In this document: in pieces, positions 31,723 through 41,510 of the stretch | Layout of the letters: each line of letters begins with the position of its first letter | How positions within the stretch are numbered: the stretch's first letter is position 1 | Virus record (IMG/VR): IMGVR_UViG_3300035522_000179 | Span: 185,614 to 249,613 of that record | Direction: 5' to 3' (one strand) | Length of the DNA: 64,000 nt | Source: a virus | Taxonomy: Duplodnaviria > Caudoviricetes | Notes under the pieces: model-generated | Told to the model about the DNA's origin: nothing | What the model saw: only the letters and a program-made list of their open reading frames with translations | Database searches by the model: none | Program-made: the position numbers and the translations under genes

Positions 31723-32044
31723 ACTCTATTAATGCCATATGTCTTGATTCCGTTTCCCTGAGTGCACATTCACATACTTCCGTGATTGTATTGGATATGA
31801 TTCCACAGTCATCTGTTGGTATCGTGTTACCGGAATGTGCATAGATAGCTCTTTCTTCATAAAGACCTTCTGCAGGGACATAATGTATTCCATAGAGTTC
31901 AGGATCTCCATGAGATGCTAGATAAAACGGAAATACGGAAACGATTCTGAAGGGAAACGTTGTTATGCCATCTTGGATTTCTGCATGGCATGAATACCTA
32001 AAATCATCGCTTTCATCATAATATTCTGTCAATTCTTCTGTCAT
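31640..32044 (-). CDS. hypothetical protein
   Basis: 134 aa with aggag RBS. Confidence 0.65.
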   Translation of the reverse strand: MTEELTEYYDESDDFRYSCHAEIQDGITTFPFRIVSVFPFYLASHGDPELYGIHYVPAEGLYEERAIYAHSGNTIPTDDCGIISNTITEVCECALRETESRHMALIEYDKSYNEQHSEFIHQNQSKEYSDVTNP

Positions 32045-32062
32045 AATTTATCTCCTATTATT

Positions 32063-32311
32063 TTATTCACAGCAACCAGTATACCTAGATAATACAAGCT
32101 TGTAAAGATCACCAATCTGATCGTCAAATACTTTCGAGAACATACTTCTAGGAACAATCCTTTCTATTTCGCCAAGTTCAAAGGAAGTCCTATACAATCT
32201 GTCTCCACAAGTTTTCTCCCAATAGTGATTTACAATACATTGCGTATCTCGAAATATATTATCTGATTCGAAATCATGTAAAAAGATTAAAGCATCTCCA
32301 TTGTAGTTCAT
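32063..32311 (-). CDS. hypothetical protein
   Basis: 82 aa, gaaagga RBS, first gene behind the early promoter. Confidence 0.65.
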   Translation of the reverse strand: MNYNGDALIFLHDFESDNIFRDTQCIVNHYWEKTCGDRLYRTSFELGEIERIVPRSMFSKVFDDQIGDLYKLVLSRYTGCCE

Positions 32312-32355
32312 TCTAGTTTTCCTTTCTAAATCTTTATCGTGTTATAATCAATAAA

Positions 32356-32364
32356 ATAATATAT
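32356..32364 (-). promoter_or_regulatory. early-type phage promoter ATATATTAT
   Basis: Intergenic copy. Confidence 0.75.
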
Positions 32365-32455
32365 TTCTATTTTACTTAATTAGATTTTCCTAAAAAATAT
32401 GACTTCGTATTTCTTAGGGGACAAAACCTTAATCAATTTAGAAAGGGTTTACGTT

Positions 32456-35044
32456 ATGAAAATATGTGAACTTGAATTAACAAATTTTGCTGGTATCTAT
32501 GCTACCATGCACAGAACTTTTGTAAGACTGAATTTAAGAAAGTCAAAAAATAAGATTTGTTTGATTACTGGTCCGAATGGACACGGTAAGACAGTGTTAC
32601 TGTCACAGTTAAACCCTTTCGCCACACTCGGAACTGTGGATGAAAGGGATTCTCTTCAACTTATATTGGAAGGGAAAGAGGGACATAAAAAAATTATCAT
32701 TCAAGATGAAGAAAACGAATATGAAATCGACCATTTCTATTCACCAAATAAATCCACACATTCTGTGAAGTCTTACATTAAGAAAAATGGAGACGAATTA
32801 AATCCAAATGGAAATGTCACTTCCTTTAAGGAAATTATCAAGAATGAACTGGATATGGAACAAGAGTATATGAAACTTGTTCGTTTAGGAAATAATGTAA
32901 CCAATCTCATTGAGCTTAAGAGTTCTGAGAGAAAGACCTTTATGTCAAAGATCTTAGAAGATGCGGATATCTATCTTAAGTATTATAAGAAGATTAATAT
33001 GGAAGTAGGAACCTTAAAGACATTAATCTCTCATACAACGGATAAAATCAATAAGCTTAATGTAGATGATGTGGATGGAGTAAAAGAGAAACTAAAGAAA
33101 GAAGAAAAAGAATTAAAAGAACTGGACGAATCCATTTTGAAATTAAACGATACGATATCGGTAATTGAATTTCAGATTGGGTCGATTCCCCCAGTAGACA
33201 TGGAGAAACTTCTGGATTCTGAAGTGAAACTAAAGAAGATGGAAAAGAAGCTAAAAGAGAAATCTTCAATATCTGTAGAATCTCTTAAGAATGACGAAGT
33301 GGAATTGTCTTTACGAATTGCTACAAACACAGAGAGATTACGGAGTTTAAAATCTTCTTTGGATAACTCTCTGGATACCATGGATTCCACAAGGTCTTCG
33401 ATTAATATCTTGAGTCAACAGCTGAGTCGAATTGAAGATTCTACCGATATTATTGGTTTAACGAATATCATCGTTTCCTTAGAAAAGACTATTAAGGAAG
33501 AAGAGGAACGTTTCAAACCTTATGGAGAAATTGGATATACTAGAAAAGATATTGAAAACTTCTTAGCATTCATTAAAGAAAAGCAAGAGGTTTTAAATAC
33601 AACTTATGAGTTTGGTTCGGAAGTTGTAAAGAAAGTCTGTGATCTTTTGATGAAAGATAAGAACGTGATTTCTTATATTGAAGATCATTTGAGGAAAGCA
33701 ACTGAGGATGAAGAGATTGACAATGGAAAGTCGATTATTAAAAGAGTCTTTTCCAGATATCCGAAGTTTTCGATTCCTTCCAAATGTACAAGTTGTGAAG
33801 CAATGGAAATCATCAACGACTTTCAGATGATTGCGAACATTGAAAAAGATAGTGAGTTAAAGTCAAAAGAGTTCTATACTTATATGAATATGGCTTATAA
33901 CAACATCAAAGGAGTTTTACTGTCTTTTTCGGAAAACAAAGAGTTGTTTTTAAAACTTCCTGAGTATATCAGGAAGGAATATAAAACAGATGTCCTTCTT
34001 AAAAAGATTGGGAAAACCGAAATGGTTTATGATCAAAAGTTAATCTTTGATGAGTTATCGTTTATCACAGATTACGAGTTGTATTTATCTCATCAAGAAG
34101 AATTAGAAAATAAAGAAACTGAATTAAAAACAATGGCTCATGAATCTTCTTTGAAATCTTTGAAAAAACAGATTAAAGAGCTGTCCCTGAAGTTAGAGCA
34201 AACAACGAGCAATTATTCCAAAGAGACAGAACTTTTCGCTGAAATTTCACGCAGTTTAGAGAAAGATAAAGATGAATTAAGTGAATTACATACATTGATA
34301 GAGGCTCTGGAAAATAAAAACGAATTGGAATCTTTTGTAAAAGAAAGCAATGATTCTTTGAAAAAGAAAGATCAGTATAAAGAAGAGAAGTTTACCAAAA
34401 CAAAACTTCGAGATTCCATGTCACTTGAAAAAAATAAAATCACAAGAGATATTTCCTTAATTCAATACACTTTAAAACAACTGGAAGAATTTAAAAAAGA
34501 ATTAAAGGTTTATCAGAAATACTATGATGAATGGATTTTGATGAAGGAATCTCTTTCCGCGAATAAGGGAATTCCTTTGATCTTCATTGACCTTTATTTA
34601 AAGAAATCTTTGAATGTGGTGAATGCATTACTGGATAGAATATATAATGGAAGAGTATATGTAGAGAAGTTTGATATTGCGGCAGATTCGTTTACAATTC
34701 CTTTTGTAAAAGAGGGAACGAATGTACCGGATATTCGGTATGCTTCTCAGGGAGAGAAATCCTTCTTTTCCATTAGTTTATCTTTTGCAATCTCTTTTCA
34801 AAGTATGAGTAAATATAACATCATGTTATTGGATGAGTTAGACTCGGTGTTGGATGAGTCCAATCGATCGAACTTTATTCAGATTATTGAAGAATTGATT
34901 GATATGATAAATGCGGATCAAATCTTTATTATCTCTCATAACAACATGTTTTCCATGTATCCAGTGGATGTGGTTTCTGTTGTAAATGAATTACCGAAAG
35001 ATAATAATCTTGCAAACTATATTGAAATCGAGTATGAGCAATAA
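32456..35044 (+). CDS. sbcC: SbcC/Rad50-like SMC ATPase (T4 gp46-like)
   Basis: Walker A GPNGHGKT, long coiled coils, central CTSC zinc hook, signature ASQGE, Walker B LLDELD and H-loop ISH. Start revised from the RBS and the GACA-N6-TA at 32420-32431. Confidence 0.9.
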   Translation: MKICELELTNFAGIYATMHRTFVRLNLRKSKNKICLITGPNGHGKTVLLSQLNPFATLGTVDERDSLQLILEGKEGHKKIIIQDEENEYEIDHFYSPNKSTHSVKSYIKKNGDELNPNGNVTSFKEIIKNELDMEQEYMKLVRLGNNVTNLIELKSSERKTFMSKILEDADIYLKYYKKINMEVGTLKTLISHTTDKINKLNVDDVDGVKEKLKKEEKELKELDESILKLNDTISVIEFQIGSIPPVDMEKLLDSEVKLKKMEKKLKEKSSISVESLKNDEVELSLRIATNTERLRSLKSSLDNSLDTMDSTRSSINILSQQLSRIEDSTDIIGLTNIIVSLEKTIKEEEERFKPYGEIGYTRKDIENFLAFIKEKQEVLNTTYEFGSEVVKKVCDLLMKDKNVISYIEDHLRKATEDEEIDNGKSIIKRVFSRYPKFSIPSKCTSCEAMEIINDFQMIANIEKDSELKSKEFYTYMNMAYNNIKGVLLSFSENKELFLKLPEYIRKEYKTDVLLKKIGKTEMVYDQKLIFDELSFITDYELYLSHQEELENKETELKTMAHESSLKSLKKQIKELSLKLEQTTSNYSKETELFAEISRSLEKDKDELSELHTLIEALENKNELESFVKESNDSLKKKDQYKEEKFTKTKLRDSMSLEKNKITRDISLIQYTLKQLEEFKKELKVYQKYYDEWILMKESLSANKGIPLIFIDLYLKKSLNVVNALLDRIYNGRVYVEKFDIAADSFTIPFVKEGTNVPDIRYASQGEKSFFSISLSFAISFQSMSKYNIMLLDELDSVLDESNRSNFIQIIEELIDMINADQIFIISHNNMFSMYPVDVVSVVNELPKDNNLANYIEIEYEQ

Positions 35045-35213
35045 AAAGGCTCCTAGAGAACTGAACGTTCTAAGGTTCTCTAGGAGTCTAGTAATGCGTC
35101 AGGCTTCACGAAAGGAGCGGTATTTTCAATAAATCATAAATTGCAAATTGCGAGTCTGTACATTTATTAAGAAGTTTACCATAGGCAAAAGACTTTTTCT
35201 ACCCAACGCATTA
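35043..35213 (-). ncRNA. candidate late small RNA (rod-shaped, central bubble)
   Basis: AACA-N6-TA at 35212-35223; 13-bp terminal stem with 3 G.U pairs on the minus strand; terminator 35048-35088 with a U-run; no ORF in the track. Confidence 0.6.
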
Positions 35214-35272
35214 ACATTTTGTTTTTGAAAAATCCCCTGTATGAGAAATCAATCTCATACAGGGGATTTTAA

Positions 35273-36220
35273 TTACTTATTGGTTGATGCGAACATCGCA
35301 CGAAGTGTTGCACTTCCAGCGTATCCATCAGCAGCCAAACCTCTGGTATCATTCTGATATTTCGAAACATATGCTTTTGTGATGTCGCTATAATTGGTAG
35401 ACACCTTCGTGGAATTGATAATTCCTTTCATGTCATATCTCATGACAGCATACAGATAAACATGAACGATATAAGTAATATCTGCAAAAGCAGTAGTGTT
35501 TTTCTTCATTGCAGAATAAGCAGGGCAAGCTGCAATTGTTTTGGTACCATACTTTCCATCAATCGAAAGCTTCGTGTTGGTCTTATACTCTTTTACAAAC
35601 AACGTCTGAAGAACCTTTACAGTTGCTTTCAAAGTGTTATCTCCGTAACTTCCATCTACTTTAATCTCTTCTTTTCCAAGTTTCGTATTCACCCAAGTCT
35701 GATAATTGGTTACGATAACATCGGACGAAGTGGTATCCGTAGCTTTTTCTGTTTCGGTATACTCTACAAAAGAGGGAATCCCATAATAATACCATCTACT
35801 GATCTTGAGATCCTCTTTGTAAACATTGAGTTTAGAGTCTCTCATCTCAACGGTACATCCATTTCCAAGGTATGCACCCATATGGGTCAGGTTTTTATTG
35901 AAAACCATACAAACCTTGTTTTTCGGAATGGCACCAATCAGACCCTTCTCTGTGCAATCGTTATAAAAGCCAGAGGCAGATCTGTCTACACCAGAAAGAG
36001 GATAGAAGGCACCACTACAGTCTGCACCAATCTTTCCTTTTCCTTCTGCGAGTTTCGCATTGTAATAATCTTTGTTGTAAGTTGCTGATCCAAATTGCTT
36101 GTACAATTTATCCGTAAGGGTTTTTGTGATGGTCTCACCGTTTGCTCCCCACAGATAGATTGCTCCATTGTTGTAAAGATCTTCGAAATACTTTACGAAC
36201 TTTTCACTACTTACACTCAT
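35273..36220 (-). CDS. endolysin: NlpC/P60-like (CHAP-type) peptidase plus peptidoglycan-binding repeats
   Basis: YLWGANG...ADCSG...THMGAYLGNG; C-terminal VDGSYGDNT, IDGKYGTKT and ADGYAGSAT PG-binding motifs. Confidence 0.85.
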   Translation of the reverse strand: MSVSSEKFVKYFEDLYNNGAIYLWGANGETITKTLTDKLYKQFGSATYNKDYYNAKLAEGKGKIGADCSGAFYPLSGVDRSASGFYNDCTEKGLIGAIPKNKVCMVFNKNLTHMGAYLGNGCTVEMRDSKLNVYKEDLKISRWYYYGIPSFVEYTETEKATDTTSSDVIVTNYQTWVNTKLGKEEIKVDGSYGDNTLKATVKVLQTLFVKEYKTNTKLSIDGKYGTKTIAACPAYSAMKKNTTAFADITYIVHVYLYAVMRYDMKGIINSTKVSTNYSDITKAYVSKYQNDTRGLAADGYAGSATLRAMFASTNK

Positions 36221-36393
36221 GATAAATCTTCCTTTCTTATAATTGGTTTCTTCTTTATGGGATTTTTAACCACCCCTTGGTTACTTAAATAATAAGGTTT
36301 CCTTCTTCCACATATTTTTGCAGATTCAGGAACGTTTTCTTCTTTTGACATTTTTGTTAAATCATTATCTGAAAATTCTCTGTACTTCACCAT
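36217..36393 (-). CDS. 58-aa basic ORF translationally coupled to the endolysin
   Basis: MVKYREFSDNDLTKMSKEE...; its TGA overlaps the endolysin ATG (ATGA). Confidence 0.45.
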   Translation of the reverse strand: MVKYREFSDNDLTKMSKEENVPESAKICGRRKPYYLSNQGVVKNPIKKKPIIRKEDLS

Positions 36394-36508
36394 GTCGTTT
36401 TACCATCCTTAACTATTTAATATTTACGAAGCAATTATTACAAAAAAGACTGACTTAGGATACTGTCCAATGCAAAACATATTTTTAATAGAGAAATGAG
36501 GTGAAAAT

Positions 36509-37228
36509 ATGAATTTATCAAAACTCATGACACGTATTAAAACAGAACTTGGATTATATGCTATCGCTCTTCCGATAGATGATTTAGATGGTACCATTCG
36601 AACTACAATCAAAGAAATGACACTTCGTGTGTATTCTCAGTATTTCCCACAGTATGAAATTGTGAGAAAGTCTGCTTCGGAACTTGACAAAGCAGAACGA
36701 AATCTAGAGTATACCGATTTGTATTTGGATGTACCAGATGGAACGGAGATCTTGTCCATTGAAGATATCTATTATGATGCAAGTGATATATCTGGAATTG
36801 GATATTACGGAGCGGGTATGCCACTCTTTGAGCCAAATATGATTCAGGATTTGCTTACAACGAATATTGGAGCAAACATGTCAAACATGATGTTTCCAAA
36901 ACCTACTTGGGAATTCTTTTATCCCAGAAAGGTTCGCGTATATAACCTATATGGTGGAAGTATTTTCATTAAGTATGCAAAGCTTCATGATTTATCTTTA
37001 TCGTCCATTCCTTTTTCACAAGAAGAGACATTCACTCAACTTGCAATCTTGGATGTAAAGAAAGTTCTTTACAATGTCGTGAAGCATTACAATGAGTTGG
37101 AAACTGCTCATGGTAGAATTACTCTTAAGATTGATGATTGGGCGGAAGCCGCCAATGAAAGACGAGATATTATCAACCAGTGGGATGATAATTATCATCT
37201 GGAAAGAAAAACGATTTATTATGCATAA
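36509..37228 (+). CDS. putative neck / head-tail connector protein
   Basis: N-terminal LMTRIKTELG...YSQYFP pattern reminiscent of T4 gp13-like proteins; AACA-N6-TA at 36476-36487. Confidence 0.5.
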   Translation: MNLSKLMTRIKTELGLYAIALPIDDLDGTIRTTIKEMTLRVYSQYFPQYEIVRKSASELDKAERNLEYTDLYLDVPDGTEILSIEDIYYDASDISGIGYYGAGMPLFEPNMIQDLLTTNIGANMSNMMFPKPTWEFFYPRKVRVYNLYGGSIFIKYAKLHDLSLSSIPFSQEETFTQLAILDVKKVLYNVVKHYNELETAHGRITLKIDDWAEAANERRDIINQWDDNYHLERKTIYYA

Positions 37229-37269
37229 TAAAAGAACTCATGCAATTTTTCGTTGCATGAGTTCTTTTA

Positions 37270-37716
37270 TTATTTTTCATATAGTTTTTCTGCAATGGTA
37301 TTTACTACATTTACCAAATTGATATGAATCGTTCCATAAAATACACTTGATTCATTATTCGCAGCCAGTAATGTGAATAAGATATAACTTTCATCCAAAG
37401 TATATTTCATCCATAAGAGAAATCGTTTCATTTCATCTTTTAGTATATGAAACTTCTCAAGTACTTTTTCATCATGAAATACTTTTACAATGATCGCCGT
37501 CCAAACAACTTCAAATTTTGAGAAATCAAAGATTGGACGAATCCTCACTTGCTTCGTTTCTTTATCGATCTGCTCTTTGTATAAATGGGTAAAATTCTCA
37601 TCATTTACAAATAACGATGGATGATCCATTACTACCTGGCAGTATTCTTCTGTGACAATATAATTGAATAAAGATTTGAATCGTTCTAAATCATATAAAT
37701 CTTTATAGGTTGACAT
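37270..37716 (-). CDS. hypothetical protein
   Basis: 148 aa with aaggag RBS. Confidence 0.7.
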   Translation of the reverse strand: MSTYKDLYDLERFKSLFNYIVTEEYCQVVMDHPSLFVNDENFTHLYKEQIDKETKQVRIRPIFDFSKFEVVWTAIIVKVFHDEKVLEKFHILKDEMKRFLLWMKYTLDESYILFTLLAANNESSVFYGTIHINLVNVVNTIAEKLYEK

Positions 37717-37792
37717 AATTAAAACTCCTTTATTTTGTTATTATACCATTAACGTAATAGTTAAATATAAAATGAGAAAGGAGACATGAATC

Positions 37793-38089
37793 ATGGAAGA
37801 TATGGAAATTTATAGGGGGATGTTCGCTAATACAAAATTTATGGTAGATACCTACACAAATCTTCTTACTATAATAGAACTCCTCTTAGAAAAAGGAATT
37901 TTGACCAATGAGGAACTTCTCACAATGAAAGAAAAAATGAAACAAAGACCGGAAATCGCATCCATGCAAAAGGTATTGGATGAGCAGGAAGAACTATTAA
38001 GTGGTCTGGAAAAAGATCCGGATGATGATCCTGAAGCATTAGATGATGCATTAGAGGAGTATTTAAATAATATAGTAGAGGAGGAATAA
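37793..38089 (+). CDS. hypothetical acidic protein
   Basis: 98 aa with gaaaggag RBS. Confidence 0.7.
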   Translation: MEDMEIYRGMFANTKFMVDTYTNLLTIIELLLEKGILTNEELLTMKEKMKQRPEIASMQKVLDEQEELLSGLEKDPDDDPEALDDALEEYLNNIVEEE

Positions 38090-38090
38090 T

Positions 38091-38246
38091 ATGGAAGAAA
38101 ACCATGCAAAGAAAGCACACCATATTAAAACAATCAAACGATCTGAGATTAGTTCTTTGAAATCAGAATACATCAATACCTTAATTGATCACAGTGATTC
38201 CACCTTACGATATATTAGAAAAAGAAAAGAGCAAAGGAATAAATAA
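38091..38246 (+). CDS. 51-aa basic protein (absent from the ORF track)
   Basis: gaggagg RBS; MEENHAKKAHHIKTIKRSEI...; followed by the hairpin at 38252-38287. Confidence 0.55.
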   Translation: MEENHAKKAHHIKTIKRSEISSLKSEYINTLIDHSDSTLRYIRKRKEQRNK

Positions 38247-38404
38247 TAACTATGGATCCATCGAGAATTTAATCTCGATGGATCCATGTTGTTGAGGAAG
38301 GTTACATAGAATACTCTAAGCAAATTTAATTGCTAAATAATTGTTATTCAAAAATATAAAATAAGAACTAGAGTAGAAATGAATCTACTCTAGTTCTTTT
38401 ATGA

Positions 38405-40156
38405 TTACTCCTTACGGATAAAAGTGCTATCAATGAACTCAGCATTGCTGAACGTAATCTGACCCTGAATACCCTGAACAGCTGCATCAGTGTAACGAGA
38501 CAGACCTACCAAGTTCGTGTAAGAACCGCCGGGAAGATCCGGAGCCTTGTAAGCAGAGTCCTTAGCGGTAAGGATGTGAGTGTTGTACTTATAGTGCTTA
38601 AAGGTCATCTGCTGAGGATCCAAAGCGATAGGTACAATTCTCAGACCCCTGTGGTTCGGACGACGCTCATCAAACTTCAGAGCGGATACAACCTGGATCT
38701 TTACATTACCGGTATTCATAACGCCATAAGCATAGTTATGCTTGATACCGCCTGTGCTGCTACCCTGAGACAATACCCAGTTCACGTTCTTGCCAAGCAA
38801 GGAAACATACTTAGGGTTACCGTAAATAACGAAGGTCAGATCCTCCATCTTAGCGGTGTTGGTCAGGTCAATTACGAAACGATCAATCGTCCACTTCAGC
38901 TGCTTCTCGATGAACTCGGAAGGCAGAGCAGTGGTCTGAGTGCTAGAATCGCAGTTGAAATCCTGGAATCTTACGAAGCTATTCCACTGAAGGGGATCCA
39001 GCTCCAAACCAGCGAAATACTCGAACTGATCATCCAGGAAGTCGATAATCTTAGAGTCCTCCATCTGAGTGAGGTACTCAGCCATGTTGTCATAGGTCTT
39101 CTTGTAAAGATCCATGTTCAACAGAGCCTTATGGTCATCCAACTCCTCGATAGAGTAAGGAATGTTTACTCTGTGAGAGTCCTCGATCTTCCATTCCTTC
39201 TCTTCTCTGGTGTAATCGAAGCTAACGGATCTCTCGTTCTTCTCGTTGCTCAGATAACCATCAAATACAACAGACTTAATCTTGCCAGCAGCAGAAGACA
39301 GGGATACGGTGTTGCTGATGAAGTCAACATCACCAGTGATTGCATCCTGGATCTCTACAGGCTCGCCGTCTGCATTCTGAACGGTAACATCGATCTTACC
39401 GCCAATCCACTGAGAAGTATGAAGGTTGATGTACATATCAACAGGGATCTCAATGCCATCGGTAGTGATAGCCTTAACAATCTTCAGGTTGATTGTAAAC
39501 TTCTCTCTCTCAGGAACAACGGCGTCGGTCAACTTGCCGATAATGTCGTAGTTAAATACAGGCAGATCAACAGGGGTATTCTTAATAGGAAGACCCTTAC
39601 CTGCCTCATAGATATCCTTGTACTCATCGTTGTAGAAGCACTGAGGATATCTCCATCTCTGCTTGGTCTGATTGTCAACGATCCAAACCTGCTCCATCTG
39701 CTTCTTAATAACAGGGGACTTGGTCACCTCTGTCTGAAGGATGTCCTTCGTAGCCAGAGACAGATGCTGCTTTACCAGGATAGGATAGTCGATTGCCTTA
39801 ATAGGCATCAACTGACCAACAGTAGCGGACTCACGAACGAAGTCAGTCGTGCAGTTATCCCACAGCTGGCTAACCTGATCGTACATATTGGAGTAAGAAC
39901 CCCAAACGTCGCTATCAGAACGCTCTGCAGACTCAGCCCGAAGACCGGACAGGGCGCTCTCCTTAAATGCCTCCATGATATCAGGATTCTTCACCATGGT
40001 AGCAATATCCATGAAATAATTAATCTTTGCTCTCTCAAGGTCAGCCACTGCCTCAGCGAAAACGTTATCGAAACTATTCTCATTGTTCGCGGCTGTAAAG
40101 CCACCTACGGTAGCGGTCTCCTCAAAGTTAGCAGATTCAAGAAATGCCAATGACAT
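38405..40156 (-). CDS. major capsid protein
   Basis: 583 aa with the strongest C-ending codon bias in the window, N-terminal xxE-SA propeptide sites, own terminator, and a position within a head-gene cluster. Confidence 0.7.
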   Translation of the reverse strand: MSLAFLESANFEETATVGGFTAANNENSFDNVFAEAVADLERAKINYFMDIATMVKNPDIMEAFKESALSGLRAESAERSDSDVWGSYSNMYDQVSQLWDNCTTDFVRESATVGQLMPIKAIDYPILVKQHLSLATKDILQTEVTKSPVIKKQMEQVWIVDNQTKQRWRYPQCFYNDEYKDIYEAGKGLPIKNTPVDLPVFNYDIIGKLTDAVVPEREKFTINLKIVKAITTDGIEIPVDMYINLHTSQWIGGKIDVTVQNADGEPVEIQDAITGDVDFISNTVSLSSAAGKIKSVVFDGYLSNEKNERSVSFDYTREEKEWKIEDSHRVNIPYSIEELDDHKALLNMDLYKKTYDNMAEYLTQMEDSKIIDFLDDQFEYFAGLELDPLQWNSFVRFQDFNCDSSTQTTALPSEFIEKQLKWTIDRFVIDLTNTAKMEDLTFVIYGNPKYVSLLGKNVNWVLSQGSSTGGIKHNYAYGVMNTGNVKIQVVSALKFDERRPNHRGLRIVPIALDPQQMTFKHYKYNTHILTAKDSAYKAPDLPGGSYTNLVGLSRYTDAAVQGIQGQITFSNAEFIDSTFIRKE

Positions 40157-40296
40157 ATTCTCTTACCTCCTATAAACTTTTATTAATTGTTGGTTTTGTT
40201 TAACGAAAACGAAATCAATCAAATAAATTTGTTTTATACAGGTATTTTCTTCACTTTTTATAAAATTAAATATTCTTTCGAATAAATAACTTTAAT

Positions 40297-41499
40297 TTAC
40301 TGTTTATCTTCCGTATTTTTGATTTTATTTTGATTGAGCAATTCCAGTACCAGCATACAGTTCGCTTTGATCTTCTCATAGAAGAAAGAATTCTGCAAAT
40401 AACTATCGGACTGGAATTTCAATACCATATAGTCTCTCATCATATCTTCAATCTTTTTAAAGGTTTTTAAAGCTTTATGAGAAGCAGCTTCAAAGACTTC
40501 ATCATCAGTTGTTAAAATATCCAATTTATCGATAAAGTATTTTACAGCATTATATAAGTTCATGAACCTCATAAAGAGCTGATACTTTCGCATACTGTCT
40601 TTGGTATAAGGTTCTGAATTATTTTGGTCTCCTCCATTTGGATCACCATTTGAATCACCGCCTTGCGCATTTGGATCCGATCCATCATCGGAGTTCGAAT
40701 CCACTTCTGCACCATAATCCATATCATTGGAGGTGTCTGCTCCAGTGGCATCAATGGTTCCACCATCTCCACCATCTGCATTACCATCACCACCGTCGCC
40801 ACCAGCATCTCCTGATCCATCTCCAGAGGCATCAGCACCTCCGTCTGTGGTTCCATCACCACCATCTGTAGTACCATCAGTTCCACCGGAAGCGTCTCCA
40901 GTAGTGTCTCCCCCAGAAGCATCCCCTCCGGAAGTATCTGTTGAAGTGTCTCCACCATCTGATGCGGCAGCTGCTGTTGCAGCGTTCGCCTTATCTGCAG
41001 CGGATTGCTCTCCGGTATCTCCGGTATCATCTGTTTGATTATCCTGAGTTTCATCATCTTCTGTATTATCATCATCGGATGCTGCAGCAGTTGCTGCATT
41101 TGCTTTGTCAGCGGCAGACTGTTCCTGAACCTCTGTTCCTTCTGAATCATCGTCTGAAGTTTGTGTATCGTTTTCTTCTTGGGATACATCATTCTCCATG
41201 TTATCCATTTCTTCATCAGAAACATCATCGTTATTTCCGTCATCATCTGGGATGGTATCTGCTAAGTTATCCAGATCATCATCTGTGATATTGATAAAGG
41301 AATTGTAATCAGAGTAATCTTCATCGTCATCTTCCGTTGCATCATACTCTTCATCAGGTGTAATATATTTATCGTAATCTTTTTTAATGGGACGAACCGA
41401 AATTACTTTCGGCTTCTTTTTCTTTTTCTTTTTTGGGGCTTCTGTGAAAAGTCCCAATTTCTCAAAAAGAGGAACTTCTCGTTCTATCAGTTCAATCAT
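40297..41499 (-). CDS. putative head protein with D/G-rich low-complexity core
   Basis: LFTE-A followed by poly-K, EQSAADKANAATAAA twice, and a DGG-rich tract. Confidence 0.55.
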   Translation of the reverse strand: MIELIEREVPLFEKLGLFTEAPKKKKKKKPKVISVRPIKKDYDKYITPDEEYDATEDDDEDYSDYNSFINITDDDLDNLADTIPDDDGNNDDVSDEEMDNMENDVSQEENDTQTSDDDSEGTEVQEQSAADKANAATAAASDDDNTEDDETQDNQTDDTGDTGEQSAADKANAATAAAASDGGDTSTDTSGGDASGGDTTGDASGGTDGTTDGGDGTTDGGADASGDGSGDAGGDGGDGNADGGDGGTIDATGADTSNDMDYGAEVDSNSDDGSDPNAQGGDSNGDPNGGDQNNSEPYTKDSMRKYQLFMRFMNLYNAVKYFIDKLDILTTDDEVFEAASHKALKTFKKIEDMMRDYMVLKFQSDSYLQNSFFYEKIKANCMLVLELLNQNKIKNTEDKQ

Positions 41500-41510
41500 G
41501 ATAATCCCCC

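Noticed and set aside
38576-40153. 525-aa plus-strand ORF antisense to the capsid gene
   Set aside because: Shadow ORF expected from the strong codon bias of the sense gene; no RBS or protein-like motifs. The same applies to 6465..7244, 16077..16928, 21749..22540, 35462..36088 and 49732..50331.
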